A DNA stretch of 64,000 nucleotides from Candidatus Poribacteria bacterium (GCA_963663765.2 CAXXUA010000004.1:608001-672000), one strand, 5' to 3'. Counted from the stretch's first letter, positions 17,646 through 28,413 are shown. Program-made: numbers and translations. The notes: generated by a model not told the origin, from the letters alone.

Positions 17646-20600
17646 ATGAACATCGTTCGTGAAACAGAACAAGACACGCAAGAACGCGTCATAGAATTCT
17701 TCCAAGATACTTTAAACTACACGTATCTCGGCAAATGGTCAGATAGCGTAGAAGATAACAGCAATATCATCCCTGAAGACCTTACGGACTGGCTGCGGAG
17801 ACAAAACCATGAACCCGATATTATCAAAAAAGCAATACGCCAACTACAACAAGAAGCAAAAATCGGTGGCAGTAGAACCCTATATGACGCAAACTTGGAA
17901 GTCTATGAAAGCCTACGTTACGGTGTGAAGGTTCAACCGGATATCAGTCAAGATCATGAAACCATCTTTCTGATAGATTGGAACAACCCAGAAAATAACG
18001 ACTTCGGCATCGCGGAAGAGGTCACAATCAGAGGAAAACACAACAAACGTCCCGATCTCGTGCTATACATCAACGGCATCGCAATAGGTGTGTTAGAGTT
18101 GAAAAGTGCCACAGTCTCTGTTTCTAAAGGTATCCGTCAAAATCTAACAAACCAAACAGAGGATTTCATTGAGTGGTTTTTCAGCACAGTGCAACTTGTG
18201 ATGGCGGGAAATGAGACTGAAGGAATGCGTTACGGTGTTATCAAGACACCCGAAAAATACTGGTTGCGATGGAAAGAACGCGATGCAGATGCTGAGACTG
18301 AAACCAATCCCTTACTCAGAGAACTCAAACATTTTTGCAACAAAGAACGTATGCTCGAAATACTCCACGACTTCATCGTTTTTGATGCTGGCATAAAGAA
18401 GATATGCCGTCATAGTCAATACTTCGGAGTGAAGGCAGCACAGAAACGCGTCCAGAGTAAAGAGGATGGTATTATCTGGCATACACAAGGCAGCGGCAAA
18501 AGTTTGACGATGGTCTGGTTGGCAAAATGGATCCTCGCAAACAATCCTAATGCTCGGGTACTCATCATCACCGACCGAACAGAATTGGACGAACAAATTG
18601 AAGGTGTTTTTAAGGGAGTCAGCGAGGACATCATACGCACGAAAAGCGGTGATGATCTGAAGGAAGTGCTTAGCAATTCGATAAATCGATTAGCCTGTTC
18701 CCTTGTCCACAAGTTCGGAAGGTCGGGAGAGTTAGAAGACGTAGATGTTGATACTTATGTATATGATCTAAAACAGAAACTCTCCGACGGTCTACCAGAT
18801 AAGGATGAATTCTTTGTCTTTGTAGACGAATGCCACCGCACACAGTCGGGTAAACTCCATAAGGCAATGAAGGAACTCCTTCCCAACGCAATGCTAATTG
18901 GGTTCACTGGCACACCATTACTAAAGGCAGACAAAAGAAGAAGCAACGAAACCTTCGGCACATTTATTGACACTTATAAATATGATGAAGCAGTCAAGGA
19001 TGAAGTCGTGCTCGATTTGCAGTATGAAGCACGTGATATAGACCAAGACCTGACTTCACAGGAACGAATTGACCAATTTTTTGATAGCAAAACCCACGGG
19101 TTAAACGATGTAGTAAAAGCGCAGCTTAAACAACGATGGGGAACGATGCTAAATGTGGAAAGTTCAATAGATCGTTTGCGGAAAATTGTAGCAGACATTG
19201 TTCTGGACATGGGGATGCGTGACCGTCTGAAAAGCGGTAAAGGTAACGCAATGCTTATCGCAAACAGTATCCTATCAGCCTCCCGACTCTACAATCTTTT
19301 TCAAGATACACCTTTGCGGGGTAAATGTGCTGTCATTACATCCTATAGACTTTTCACAGGTGCCATCAGATTGGAAGAAACTGGTGCAGGACAAACCGAA
19401 AACCAACTGAAATACAATACATACAGAGAAATGCTCGCAGCACACTTTGACGAACCACCAGATACAGCAATGAATAAGGTGGATCGATTTGAACAGGAGA
19501 TAAAGAAACGTTTCATTTATGAACCTTCGCAGATGAAACTCCTCATCGTCGTAGACAAATTGCTCACAGGTTTTGATGCACCACCAGCTACCTATCTCTA
19601 CATTGATAAAAGCATGCAGGATCACGGGTTGTTTCAAGCAATCTGCCGCGTCAATCGGATTGATACTGATGACAAGGAATTCGGCTACATTGTTGATTAC
19701 AAAGACCTGTTCGGATCTCTGCAAGAAGCAATGACTGACTACACTGGTGGTGCATTTGAGGATTACGACGACGAAGATGTGGAAGGATTATTGAAGGATC
19801 GGCTTGAAAAAGGCAGAGAACGATTAGAGGACGCTCGCGAAGCTATTAAAGCATTATGTGAACCTGTCGATCCACCGAAACAGATACAAGATTATATCCG
19901 TTACTTCTGTAGTGATGAAAGTGCAAACGACGATGAAATTAAAAAGAAAGAGCAGAAACGGGTAAAGCTCTATAAGTTGACTGCTGCCTTAGTGCGTGCA
20001 TATTCTAACCTTGCCAATGAGATGGAGGATGCAGGATACAACGCAGAAGAAACAGAGAAAATCAAAAAAGAGGTGGAAGACTACGAATATGTCCGTCAAC
20101 AAGTGAAACTCGCAAGTGGTGATTATATTGATCTGAAGATGTTTGAGCCTGATATGCGACACCTGTTAGACACATACATCCAAGCCAAAGACAGCGAGAA
20201 GGTCTCAGAATTTGACAACATCCCTCTTGTTCAACTGATTGTGGATACTGGTGTTGATAATGCAATTGATAATCTACCTGAAGGCATTCGTTCAAATAGA
20301 GAGGCGGTCGCCGCAACAATAGAAAACAACATACGCCGCGTCATTGTTGACAGGTCAGAGATCAATCCCAGATATTATGAAGAAATGTCACGCCTGCTTG
20401 ATAAACTAATTCGTCAGCGGCGACAGGATGCAAACAATTATCGGCAATATTTAGCCGATGTTACAAGGTTGAGCAATCAGGTTACCGATTCTACTGCTCA
20501 TTCTAACTATCCACCAGATATTGATACAACACCAAAACAAGCGTTCTATGATAACTTCCCAGACGATATACCTCCTGACCGTAAAACAGCAATTGCGATA

Positions 20601-20771
20601 ACGGTAGACAATGAGATTATTTATGCAAGAAGTGATAATTGGAAAGGGCATGAAATCAAAGAACGTGTGGTCCGCAATACGATCAATAAAGTTATTTTAG
20701 ATGATTTTGATGAAGATACTATTGACATTGATTTAATATTCAATATTGCAAAAAACCAAGATGAATACTGA
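17646..20771 (+). CDS. hsdR: Type I restriction endonuclease subunit R
   Basis: RPDLVLYINGI..LELK nuclease, WHTQGSGKS, DECHR, GFTGTP, KLLTGFDAP, QAICRVNR; ATG 17646 after GGGGAG. Confidence 0.96.
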   Translation: MNIVRETEQDTQERVIEFFQDTLNYTYLGKWSDSVEDNSNIIPEDLTDWLRRQNHEPDIIKKAIRQLQQEAKIGGSRTLYDANLEVYESLRYGVKVQPDISQDHETIFLIDWNNPENNDFGIAEEVTIRGKHNKRPDLVLYINGIAIGVLELKSATVSVSKGIRQNLTNQTEDFIEWFFSTVQLVMAGNETEGMRYGVIKTPEKYWLRWKERDADAETETNPLLRELKHFCNKERMLEILHDFIVFDAGIKKICRHSQYFGVKAAQKRVQSKEDGIIWHTQGSGKSLTMVWLAKWILANNPNARVLIITDRTELDEQIEGVFKGVSEDIIRTKSGDDLKEVLSNSINRLACSLVHKFGRSGELEDVDVDTYVYDLKQKLSDGLPDKDEFFVFVDECHRTQSGKLHKAMKELLPNAMLIGFTGTPLLKADKRRSNETFGTFIDTYKYDEAVKDEVVLDLQYEARDIDQDLTSQERIDQFFDSKTHGLNDVVKAQLKQRWGTMLNVESSIDRLRKIVADIVLDMGMRDRLKSGKGNAMLIANSILSASRLYNLFQDTPLRGKCAVITSYRLFTGAIRLEETGAGQTENQLKYNTYREMLAAHFDEPPDTAMNKVDRFEQEIKKRFIYEPSQMKLLIVVDKLLTGFDAPPATYLYIDKSMQDHGLFQAICRVNRIDTDDKEFGYIVDYKDLFGSLQEAMTDYTGGAFEDYDDEDVEGLLKDRLEKGRERLEDAREAIKALCEPVDPPKQIQDYIRYFCSDESANDDEIKKKEQKRVKLYKLTAALVRAYSNLANEMEDAGYNAEETEKIKKEVEDYEYVRQQVKLASGDYIDLKMFEPDMRHLLDTYIQAKDSEKVSEFDNIPLVQLIVDTGVDNAIDNLPEGIRSNREAVAATIENNIRRVIVDRSEINPRYYEEMSRLLDKLIRQRRQDANNYRQYLADVTRLSNQVTDSTAHSNYPPDIDTTPKQAFYDNFPDDIPPDRKTAIAITVDNEIIYARSDNWKGHEIKERVVRNTINKVILDDFDEDTIDIDLIFNIAKNQDEY

Positions 20772-21495
20772 ATCCTATAAAACTCTTATAGAAGTAAACG
20801 ATCTCTCAATAGAGATCGTCCGTAAAGACATCAAACATTTCTACATTGGTGTTCATCCACCAAACGGACAGATACGGGTGTCTGCACCGCTACGTCTTGA
20901 CGATGATGCCGTGCGAATGGCTATCATTTCGCGTTTAGGATGGATTAAACGCAAACAAGCCCCATATAAAAATCAAGTACGCCAATCACAACGCGAGTAT
21001 GTATCAGGTGAAAGCCACTTTTTTGCAGGAAGACGTTACCGCCTCAAAGTTTCAGAGCAAAATTCACCACCGAAAGTGCAACTCCTTAACAATACAAGAA
21101 TCAGACTTACCGTGCGTCCAGGCACTGATAGAGACAAACGGGAACAAGTCCTAAATGAATGGTATAGAGAGCAGCTCCGCACGCAACTGCCACCACTTAT
21201 CGAAAAATGGGAGCCAAAGATGGAGGTGTCTGTAAACGAAGTCCGCATCAGGAAAATGAAAACACTTTGGGGTTCATGTAACATCCAGGCGAAACGTATC
21301 TGGCTTAATCTTGAGTTGGCGAAAAAACCGAAATCGTGTCTGATATATGTGCTGATTCACGAGATGACGCATCTTTTGGAACGACATCACAATGATCGAT
21401 TTCGTGAATTGATGGATACCTTTTTACCGCAGTGGCGCACCTATCGCGACGAACTGAACAAAGCACCGCTGACACACGAAAATTGGCGATATTGA
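20761..21495 (+). CDS. M48/YgjP-like (DUF45) zinc metallopeptidase-family protein
   Basis: MKTLWGSC, YVLIHEMTHLLERHHN (HExxH); overlaps hsdR stop. Confidence 0.88.
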   Translation: MNTESYKTLIEVNDLSIEIVRKDIKHFYIGVHPPNGQIRVSAPLRLDDDAVRMAIISRLGWIKRKQAPYKNQVRQSQREYVSGESHFFAGRRYRLKVSEQNSPPKVQLLNNTRIRLTVRPGTDRDKREQVLNEWYREQLRTQLPPLIEKWEPKMEVSVNEVRIRKMKTLWGSCNIQAKRIWLNLELAKKPKSCLIYVLIHEMTHLLERHHNDRFRELMDTFLPQWRTYRDELNKAPLTHENWRY

Positions 21496-21527
21496 ACAGT
21501 TCTCAGGACTACCGAAGGTATACACAA

Positions 21528-23090
21528 CTAATGTCGGAAATGTCGGACACCCGTAAACACCATCGCTATACCGTAGGTATCTGCAGTTTCAATCACAGAT
21601 TCGTCATTGACAGAGCCACCGGGTTGAATAATAGCACGTATACCTGCATCGCCAGCAATCTCAACACCATCGGGAAATGGGAAGAAAGCATCGGACGCTA
21701 AAACAGCATCTTTCGCTTTATCGCCTGCCTTACGTACAGCGATGATCGCGGCATCTACACGGCTCATCTGCCCCGCACCGATACCGACTGTTTGCGTGCC
21801 TTGCGCAAGCAGGATACAGTTGGATTTGACATGCTTACACGTTTTCCACGCAAAAAGCAGAGAATCTATCTCATTGTCTGAAGGTTTACGTTTGGTTACA
21901 AATTGTAAATCACTTTTTACAATGTTTTGCACATCCGGATCTTGAATTAGCACACCCCCAGTTACATTACGAACTTGCATCACCGGTTTTGATCCTGAAA
22001 GTGAACCTGCCTCAAGGATTCTGCGACTTTCAACGCGAGACAACGCACGTAAAGCCTTTTCGGTGTAACTCGGTGCGATGACCGCCTCAATTTTTACGCC
22101 TGACCTTGCAGCATCACGTATAGTATTTGCCGTTTGAACAGTCACTTTACGATTTAACCCAACGATTGATCCGAATGCAGAAGTCCTATCACATTCAAGT
22201 GCATTGTTGAAAGCATCTTGTAGGTTGCCAGCCGCTGCAAGTCCACACGGGTTATTATGCTTGATGATAGCACACGCGGGGGTCTTAAAGTCCTTGACAA
22301 TCTCTAATGCAGCATCTAAATCAAGAATATTGTTGAACGACAACGGAGGTCCATTCAGTTGTTTTGCCCATGCAGCACTTGGTCCCGGTGAAGAATCAGT
22401 TCTGTAGAAAGCAGCGCGTTGATGTGGATTCTCCCCATATCTCAGCGACTCACCCTTCTGATAATGTTGTGTTAGAACATCACCAAATTCGTCATCACAA
22501 TCTAAATTGGAAAGATATGTAGAGATCGCGCTGTCATAATGTGCAGTATGTTGGAATGCCATCTTGGCTAATTCAAATCGTCTCTCTTGAGACAGGCATC
22601 CATTATTAGCATCTAACTCTGTGATGATGTGCTTGTATTGATTAGGGCTTGTTAGGACAGCAACGTGTTGATTATTCTTAGCAGCAGCTCGAATCATCGT
22701 CGGTCCACCAATGTCAATGTTTTCAATCGCTTCTTCAAGCGTTACATCTGGTCTGGCAATGGTTTCTTCAAATGGATATAGATTACAAATCACCATATCA
22801 ATTGGTGTGATTCCATTGTCTATTGCTTGTGATGCATGTTCTACGTTATCCCATTGAGCAAGCAGACCGCCATGGATTCTTGGGTGCAGAGTCTTGACCC
22901 TTCCATCTAACATTTCAGGAAAACCTGTATAGTCAGAAACATCAATGATTTCAATGCCATTTTCACGTAGATGTTTGGCTGTACCGCCTGTGGACAGGAT
23001 TTCGACATCATATCGGACAAGTGTATTAGCTAACTCTAACAGACCTGATTTGTCATAAGTGCTGATTAGCGCGCGTGTTATTTTCTTCAT
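21528..23090 (-). CDS. purH: Bifunctional AICAR transformylase/IMP cyclohydrolase
   Basis: STGGTA, GRVKTLHP, IDIGGP, LRYGENPHQ, KHNNPCG, GAGQMSRVD, ASDAFFPF, RHFRH. Confidence 0.98.
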   Translation of the reverse strand: MKKITRALISTYDKSGLLELANTLVRYDVEILSTGGTAKHLRENGIEIIDVSDYTGFPEMLDGRVKTLHPRIHGGLLAQWDNVEHASQAIDNGITPIDMVICNLYPFEETIARPDVTLEEAIENIDIGGPTMIRAAAKNNQHVAVLTSPNQYKHIITELDANNGCLSQERRFELAKMAFQHTAHYDSAISTYLSNLDCDDEFGDVLTQHYQKGESLRYGENPHQRAAFYRTDSSPGPSAAWAKQLNGPPLSFNNILDLDAALEIVKDFKTPACAIIKHNNPCGLAAAGNLQDAFNNALECDRTSAFGSIVGLNRKVTVQTANTIRDAARSGVKIEAVIAPSYTEKALRALSRVESRRILEAGSLSGSKPVMQVRNVTGGVLIQDPDVQNIVKSDLQFVTKRKPSDNEIDSLLFAWKTCKHVKSNCILLAQGTQTVGIGAGQMSRVDAAIIAVRKAGDKAKDAVLASDAFFPFPDGVEIAGDAGIRAIIQPGGSVNDESVIETADTYGIAMVFTGVRHFRH

Positions 23091-23153
23091 ATTTCATCTA
23101 TTCCGTTTCTTGTTTTCTTGGGATAATAAGTAGGATTAAAACAATACGATAAA

Positions 23154-24428
23154 CTATGTCACATATCTGGGAAATCCGAAACCATCATTTGCCACGTGGC
23201 TTCGTGCGGGAATCTGTGCGCGGGTAGGTATAATGAGATCCATTTCAGACGTGTTTTCTATAACAGTGCCATCCCCGATACGCACCTCATCACCGATCAT
23301 GATTTTCCCAGGATGTTCCGCTGCCCCGCGTATCGTTCCAATGACAACTGATGACCCGATACGACATCTTTGATCAATTTCAACAAACCCGTATATTTCT
23401 GTATTGGTACCGATGGTCGTATAGTCAGCAATTTGCACAGGGCCGAGGAGGCTGGTATCTGTGCCGATTTCAACGAAGTCACCAATTACAGGGTGTCGTT
23501 GCTTAACTTTGACACTCAAACCGCCAAGTGTACAAGGATAGATAACACACCCGCATCCAATAATCCCTGTTTGTCCGGTCGTCACACCACGGTGTGGGTG
23601 TTCCAGTAGATTCGCATCGCCAATGATAGTTTCTGGGTGTAAATCTGCTTGATAGTAACGTCCACCAAGTTCAGCAATTGCCCGAGGTAGCAAGGGGACC
23701 GGAATTCTGTGCAGGGCAGGATTATCTTCTGGTGGTTCGCTCCGCGTCAAAGCATGGGCGACATCATGGTAGAACAAAACACGCCATCCAGGATATGTGC
23801 TGACAACCAGTTGGAGTTGATACTCAAAAACTGGAGCAAGGTTTAAAGTACCAAGAAAATCTTGGTATGGGTCAAAACTTCGTTCCTTGATTGCGTTGTC
23901 AATCTGTGCGCGGAAATCAAGGGCTGCAAGTTTTTCACGAGAAATACCGTTATGCAAAAGGTATGCATCCCAAACTGCCGGGTCTTTAAGGGAGGCAAAC
24001 CGATTCCATAGCGCGCGACTCTTCAACCGGGGTAGTTCCCATAGCAGGGCAAAGGCGATTTCAAGCGCAGCATCAAGATGCGTTTCATCTGAAACTGCTA
24101 AAAACGATTGCGCTACCATCGCATATAACTGGTCTGCTACCTCTTCAATCGCTTCAGGAAGTTCACGTTTTTGGTTAAAGAGGTGTGGTGCATTATGTGA
24201 ACCGGGAGCTACGCATTCTAACAGATTACCCAGAACGGTTTCAAGAATATCACGGTTGACAAACCCACGTCCTGAACGTTGTGATAATCCCTCGCGGCTT
24301 GTACTGTCTATACGCAGCGCATTCAGTTCCGACTTACTGTAGGTAGGACGCAGCCGATCTACAGTTTTGGTCAGAAGTGGCTTTTTCCTTTGTTCGTATG
24401 AGACATCAAATAGCGTTGTTTCAGACAT
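23154..24428 (-). CDS. Serine O-acetyltransferase-like hexapeptide-repeat acyltransferase with long N-terminal region
   Basis: ADLHPETIIG...EHPHRG.TTGQT..IG...TLGG...RHPVIGD resembles the CysE DIHPGA..DH..G..IGET..TLGG..RHP.IGD pattern. Confidence 0.65.
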   Translation of the reverse strand: MSETTLFDVSYEQRKKPLLTKTVDRLRPTYSKSELNALRIDSTSREGLSQRSGRGFVNRDILETVLGNLLECVAPGSHNAPHLFNQKRELPEAIEEVADQLYAMVAQSFLAVSDETHLDAALEIAFALLWELPRLKSRALWNRFASLKDPAVWDAYLLHNGISREKLAALDFRAQIDNAIKERSFDPYQDFLGTLNLAPVFEYQLQLVVSTYPGWRVLFYHDVAHALTRSEPPEDNPALHRIPVPLLPRAIAELGGRYYQADLHPETIIGDANLLEHPHRGVTTGQTGIIGCGCVIYPCTLGGLSVKVKQRHPVIGDFVEIGTDTSLLGPVQIADYTTIGTNTEIYGFVEIDQRCRIGSSVVIGTIRGAAEHPGKIMIGDEVRIGDGTVIENTSEMDLIIPTRAQIPARSHVANDGFGFPRYVT

Positions 24429-24537
24429 GTTATATAATATATATGGTTCTAACGAGTTGTGCTAAATAACTATATGTTAATCATTGTTTCACATAAGCAT
24501 GACGTTTCGCAGGTGTCTTTCATAGTTTGAAACGATC

Positions 24538-24612
24538 TTCAGTCCCGTAGGGATGATATGTTTATAGAAAACGTCATAGTACATCCTCTTTAGTCCCGTA
24601 GGGACGATATGT
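24538..24612. repeat. Two copies of the AGTCCCGTAGGGACGATATG repeat
   Basis: Same palindromic repeat family recurs at 35947-36142. Confidence 0.75.
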
Positions 24613-24990
24613 GTGCATTATAAACCTAATATATGCAAAAACTTTGAAAACAATGGGTTAACTGGCACAAGTCGTGATTCTAGGTAATCTTATCCAAACC
24701 TACTACCATATCAATAGTTTAAAGTTTTAGCATTCCTAAATTATACTACTTGATGGTATTGAAAGCAATAGAATTTATTAAGAAAAACGACTTGTACCAG
24801 TTAACAATATGTTTTGTTTGTTTTCACATATTTTCGCATTAGTGCTATAAACAGATCGTCCCTAATGAAGATTAATTTATTAATTCGGTAATAAATATTC
24901 CTACACGGTAGGCGGGGAATGTCTAAATGGCATTCATCCTGTTGATTTCTTGATTTACTGGTCGCGACTGTTTTGATACATGGTCTCCAT

Positions 24991-25720
24991 ACGGTCGCGA
25001 CCGGGAGGTCGCTCCTACCCACGCAGGATACGGTCGCGACCGGGAGGTCGCTCCTACCCACGCAGGATACGGTCGTGACCGGGAGGTCGCTCCTACCCAC
25101 GCAGGGTACGGTCGCGACCGGGAGGTCGCTCCTACCCACGCAGGATACGGTCGCGACCGGGAGGTCGCTCCTACCCACGCAGGATACGGTCGCGACCGGG
25201 AGGTCGCTCCTACCCACGCAGGGTACGGTCGCGACCGGGAGGTCGCTCCTACCCACGCAGGGTACGGTCGTGACCAAGTGGTCGCTCCTACCCACGCAGG
25301 GTACGGTCGTGACCAAGTGGTCGCTCCTACCCACGCAGGGTACGGTCGCGACCGGGAGGTCGCTCCTACCCACGCAGGGTACGGTCGCGACCGGGAGGTC
25401 GCTCCTACCCACGCAGGGTACGGTCGCGACCGGGAGGTCGCTCCTACCCACGCAAGGTACGGTCGCGACCGGGAGGTCGCTCCTACCCACGCAGGGTACG
25501 GTCGCGACCGGGAGGTCGCTCCTACCCACGCAGGGTACGGTCGCGACCGGGAGGTCGCTCCTACCCACGCAGGATACGGTCGCGACCGGGAGGTCGCTCC
25601 TACACACGCAGGATACGGTCGTGACCGGGAGGTCGCTCCTACCCACGCAGGGTACGGTCGTGACCAAGTGGTCGCTCCTACCCACGCAGGGAACGGTCGC
25701 GACCGGGAGGTCGCTCCTAC
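24991..25720. repeat. Head-to-tail REP array, 19 units of 39 bp
   Basis: Unit ACGGTCGCGACCGGGAGGTCGCTCCTACCCACGCAGG(A/G)T; reverse complement begins GTAGGAGCGACCTCCCGGTCGCGA, also a single copy at 59277. Confidence 0.95.
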
Positions 25721-26463
25721 CTATGCAAGTGTGTAATTAATTCCATAATTTACCATAAATGAAGATTAGTTTATTAAATAGGTGATCATATAGTTCTCAC
25801 TCAGTAGGTGGGGAATGCCATACGCGCAGTCTTACCGATGATTTCTTGATTTGGTGCTTTGTATGCGCGCAGGTATGTCAAATCCCAATGGATATCTATT
25901 GGTGATCTATTGGAAATCCCAATAAACAGACTCCCAAAAAACTACAAAAACCATAAAAATCATATATAATATATACAAAAGAAAAGCACACAACAAAAAC
26001 ACTATGCAAAACTAACACCCAAACACAAAAAATATACAAACAAAAAACCGTACCAAAAAATGAAATTAATTTCTCTAAAAAACACAACAAAACCCCAATA
26101 AAGCCTTATAGATACTGGACGCACAACGACTTAACAAAACCGTACCGCAAACCGAGAAAACCGTACCTTTTGGTACGGTTTTGATAGTAGTAAATTATTA
26201 TGAATTCTCAAGAAAAACACAAACAATTGGCAGTGATTCCTCATAGAAAAAATAATAAAACAAGAAGCAACGACACCATATTAAAAAGCAGATATACAAG
26301 AAACTCACAAAAACCATTACGTTTTCGAAAAAACATGCTTTCAGGACTTACTACGACTAATTTAAAAGCCAATTTGCAAAACATCCACAGTATGTTATTT
26401 CATACCACGCGGTCTGTTTTGCACAATTCGGACTAACGACAAATTGAATGTAAAATTCTATTC

Positions 26464-26589
26464 TATAGAAGACTTTAGAATTAATTGGACATTATGTTCG
26501 GTTATGAAACCGAACATATCAAGGGTGTTGTAGCAACTTGAGTTAAAATTAGTTGAATTAGTTGAAATATCAGCAGTGACGATTCTATA
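26464..26589. mobile_element. Degenerate MITE family 3 copy with GTTCGG...CCGAAC REP-like hairpin
   Basis: First ~37 nt nearly identical to the copy at 32842. Confidence 0.6.
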
Positions 26590-26600
26590 ATGTTTTTTTC

Positions 26601-26629
26601 TTGCATTTATTAATAAAAAATGCTATAAT
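26601..26629 (+). promoter_or_regulatory. Putative sigma70 promoter
   Basis: TTGCAT-17 nt-TATAAT with TG extension. Confidence 0.55.
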
Positions 26630-26919
26630 TTTTTAGAATTTGTTAATTTGACCCAAAAATAAACGTATTATAATCGTAACAAAGGATAATTTAATTAATA
26701 AGTTGGCAATATCGGTATTATTTTACTGTGTTCAGTTGCCCTTTATTGTTTGGTTTATGTCAAATTCTGTAGTATAAATAAAAAGATCTATTTCGGTATA
26801 GCTAGCAAATCGAAGTAGAATTTAGATATATATATAACATTAGTATGATATTTTGGTAAGCGCGCTTTTTGCCAAGATACCATAAGAATGAGATAGATTG
26901 AAAAGGAGAATTCATAGCT

Positions 26920-27642
26920 ATGAAAAGAACAGCAATTTTATTAGTAATAATTGCTTTTATTGCCATCGCACCTTCAGCCTTTGCACAAGAGTGGCAACCT
27001 GCTGGTGATACGTGGATAGAAAAATGGTGGGGTCTTGATTTAGTTCGTAACACAGGTGCGCATACTGATGCTGCTGCACGCGACTTTCTTGATGAAGGCA
27101 CAGGTGGTGAAATTAATAATTATAGTGCTTCCACACGTTATGGTGCTGGTTTAACTGGACAAATCACGATCAACCTTCCTGACAATGGCGGTGCTCTTGG
27201 ATGGTCTGTGATCACTCTTGAAACAGACAGTGATCGGAACATTTCAAGGAGCCACGGTTTTACTGATGAGGGCAGTGTTGCCTGGCACGGGATTATTCTT
27301 GTGTTGTCTCCAGATGACAGGACGACGACAATTTATCCCACACACGATGACAATGCTCAAATCTGGCTAAACGGAGAACAAGTTTATACTAACCCAGCAT
27401 GGACAGGTGGTGTATATAATTCCCCTTCACCCGCAGAAGTTGAACTTATCAAGGGTGAAAACTTTCTACACTACAAGGTAAGTGAAGGCGGCGGCGGAGA
27501 TTATGTGAATCTTCGTTTTGATGAAGCTGATACTGACCTTAGGATTGCTCCAACCGTTGATGAACGTTTTCTTGATGTGCTGACTCCAGTTGAACCGAAA
27601 GGTAAACTGACAACTATGTGGGCAGACATCAAACGTAAGTAA
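26920..27642 (+). CDS. Secreted beta-sandwich protein with C-terminal VEP.GKL.T.W..IK tail
   Basis: Signal peptide ending AFA; HDDNAQIWLNGEQV (PA14/galactose-binding-like); AGGAG RBS. Confidence 0.85.
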   Translation: MKRTAILLVIIAFIAIAPSAFAQEWQPAGDTWIEKWWGLDLVRNTGAHTDAAARDFLDEGTGGEINNYSASTRYGAGLTGQITINLPDNGGALGWSVITLETDSDRNISRSHGFTDEGSVAWHGIILVLSPDDRTTTIYPTHDDNAQIWLNGEQVYTNPAWTGGVYNSPSPAEVELIKGENFLHYKVSEGGGGDYVNLRFDEADTDLRIAPTVDERFLDVLTPVEPKGKLTTMWADIKRK

Positions 27643-27661
27643 TTCACAAAAAAGTGATCAC

Positions 27662-27706
27662 AAAGCAAGAATCCGTTTCCTTTTGGGATGCGGATTTTTG
27701 CTTTTT
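27662..27706 (+). terminator. Rho-independent terminator
   Basis: AAAGCAAGAATCCGTTTCC-tttt-GGGATGCGGATTTTTGCTTTTT. Confidence 0.75.
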
Positions 27707-27964
27707 AAATAAAGGATAGCAAATCAGTGTATTATGGTCCTGTAAACAAACTAAGCATCAAGAACGTTGGAAGTGATTGATTGTAAGAAACATTACATGA
27801 ATTTAAAATACATATATACTTTCATTGATTGACGTTTTGCTTGGAAATATTCAATCAAATAATTGTATACTATAACTTGGACAGTTTTTTCCAAACATGA
27901 GTTGATCAGAAATTGATTCACCGCTTATGTTACCAAATCAAAACACAACGAACAATACAGAATC

Positions 27965-28125
27965 CTTCTTTACTCCAGCGGAACAATGTGTTTATAGCCA
28001 CATTTTTCAACCGAAAACTCTGTTCCAGCGGAGCAGTATGTAAGTTCCAACACATAGCACTCCGCTGGATTACAAGTATGTTAGAATACCGTTTTCTATA
28101 ATATAGCACTCCTCTGGAGTACAGT
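27965..28125. repeat. Degenerate cluster of CTCCAGCGGAG-type palindromic repeats
   Basis: TACTCCAGCGGAACAATGTGTTTATAG, TGTTCCAGCGGAGCAGTATG, and inverted ATAGCACTCCGCTGGA / ATAGCACTCCTCTGGAG. Confidence 0.6.
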
Positions 28126-28413
28126 ATTTTCTCCGGTTTCACGAATATGCGAAACTCGTAGAAAAATAGAAACACCTTTGAAAACCGACTTGCAACAATC
28201 GGAATGTGTCCAAACTATAGTAAATATAAAAACAATATAAGTTGTTGCCTACAAGATTTTAAGCAGATAGTTACTGGTTATTACTAATAAAACAACGTTT
28301 TTGCATCTATTTTAATTATTTTTATTCTAAATCGTGGTTAGAAACCCCTCCTACAAGAGTAATCCGAATTAGGTAGCAGCTTGAGTTAATATTATCTTCA
28401 TAATTATCTATAT

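Noticed and set aside
2141-21495. tRNA-Leu-anchored genomic island containing the R-M locus
   Set aside because: No integrase, no duplicated tRNA 3' end seen, and housekeeping genes intervene
24801-25740. 294-, 255- and 152-aa repeat proteins
   Set aside because: By-product of a stop-free 39-bp unit; not called as CDS
25896-26436. Small ORFs of 64 and 78 aa in the A/C-rich tract
   Set aside because: Low-complexity composition; no RBS or recognisable motif
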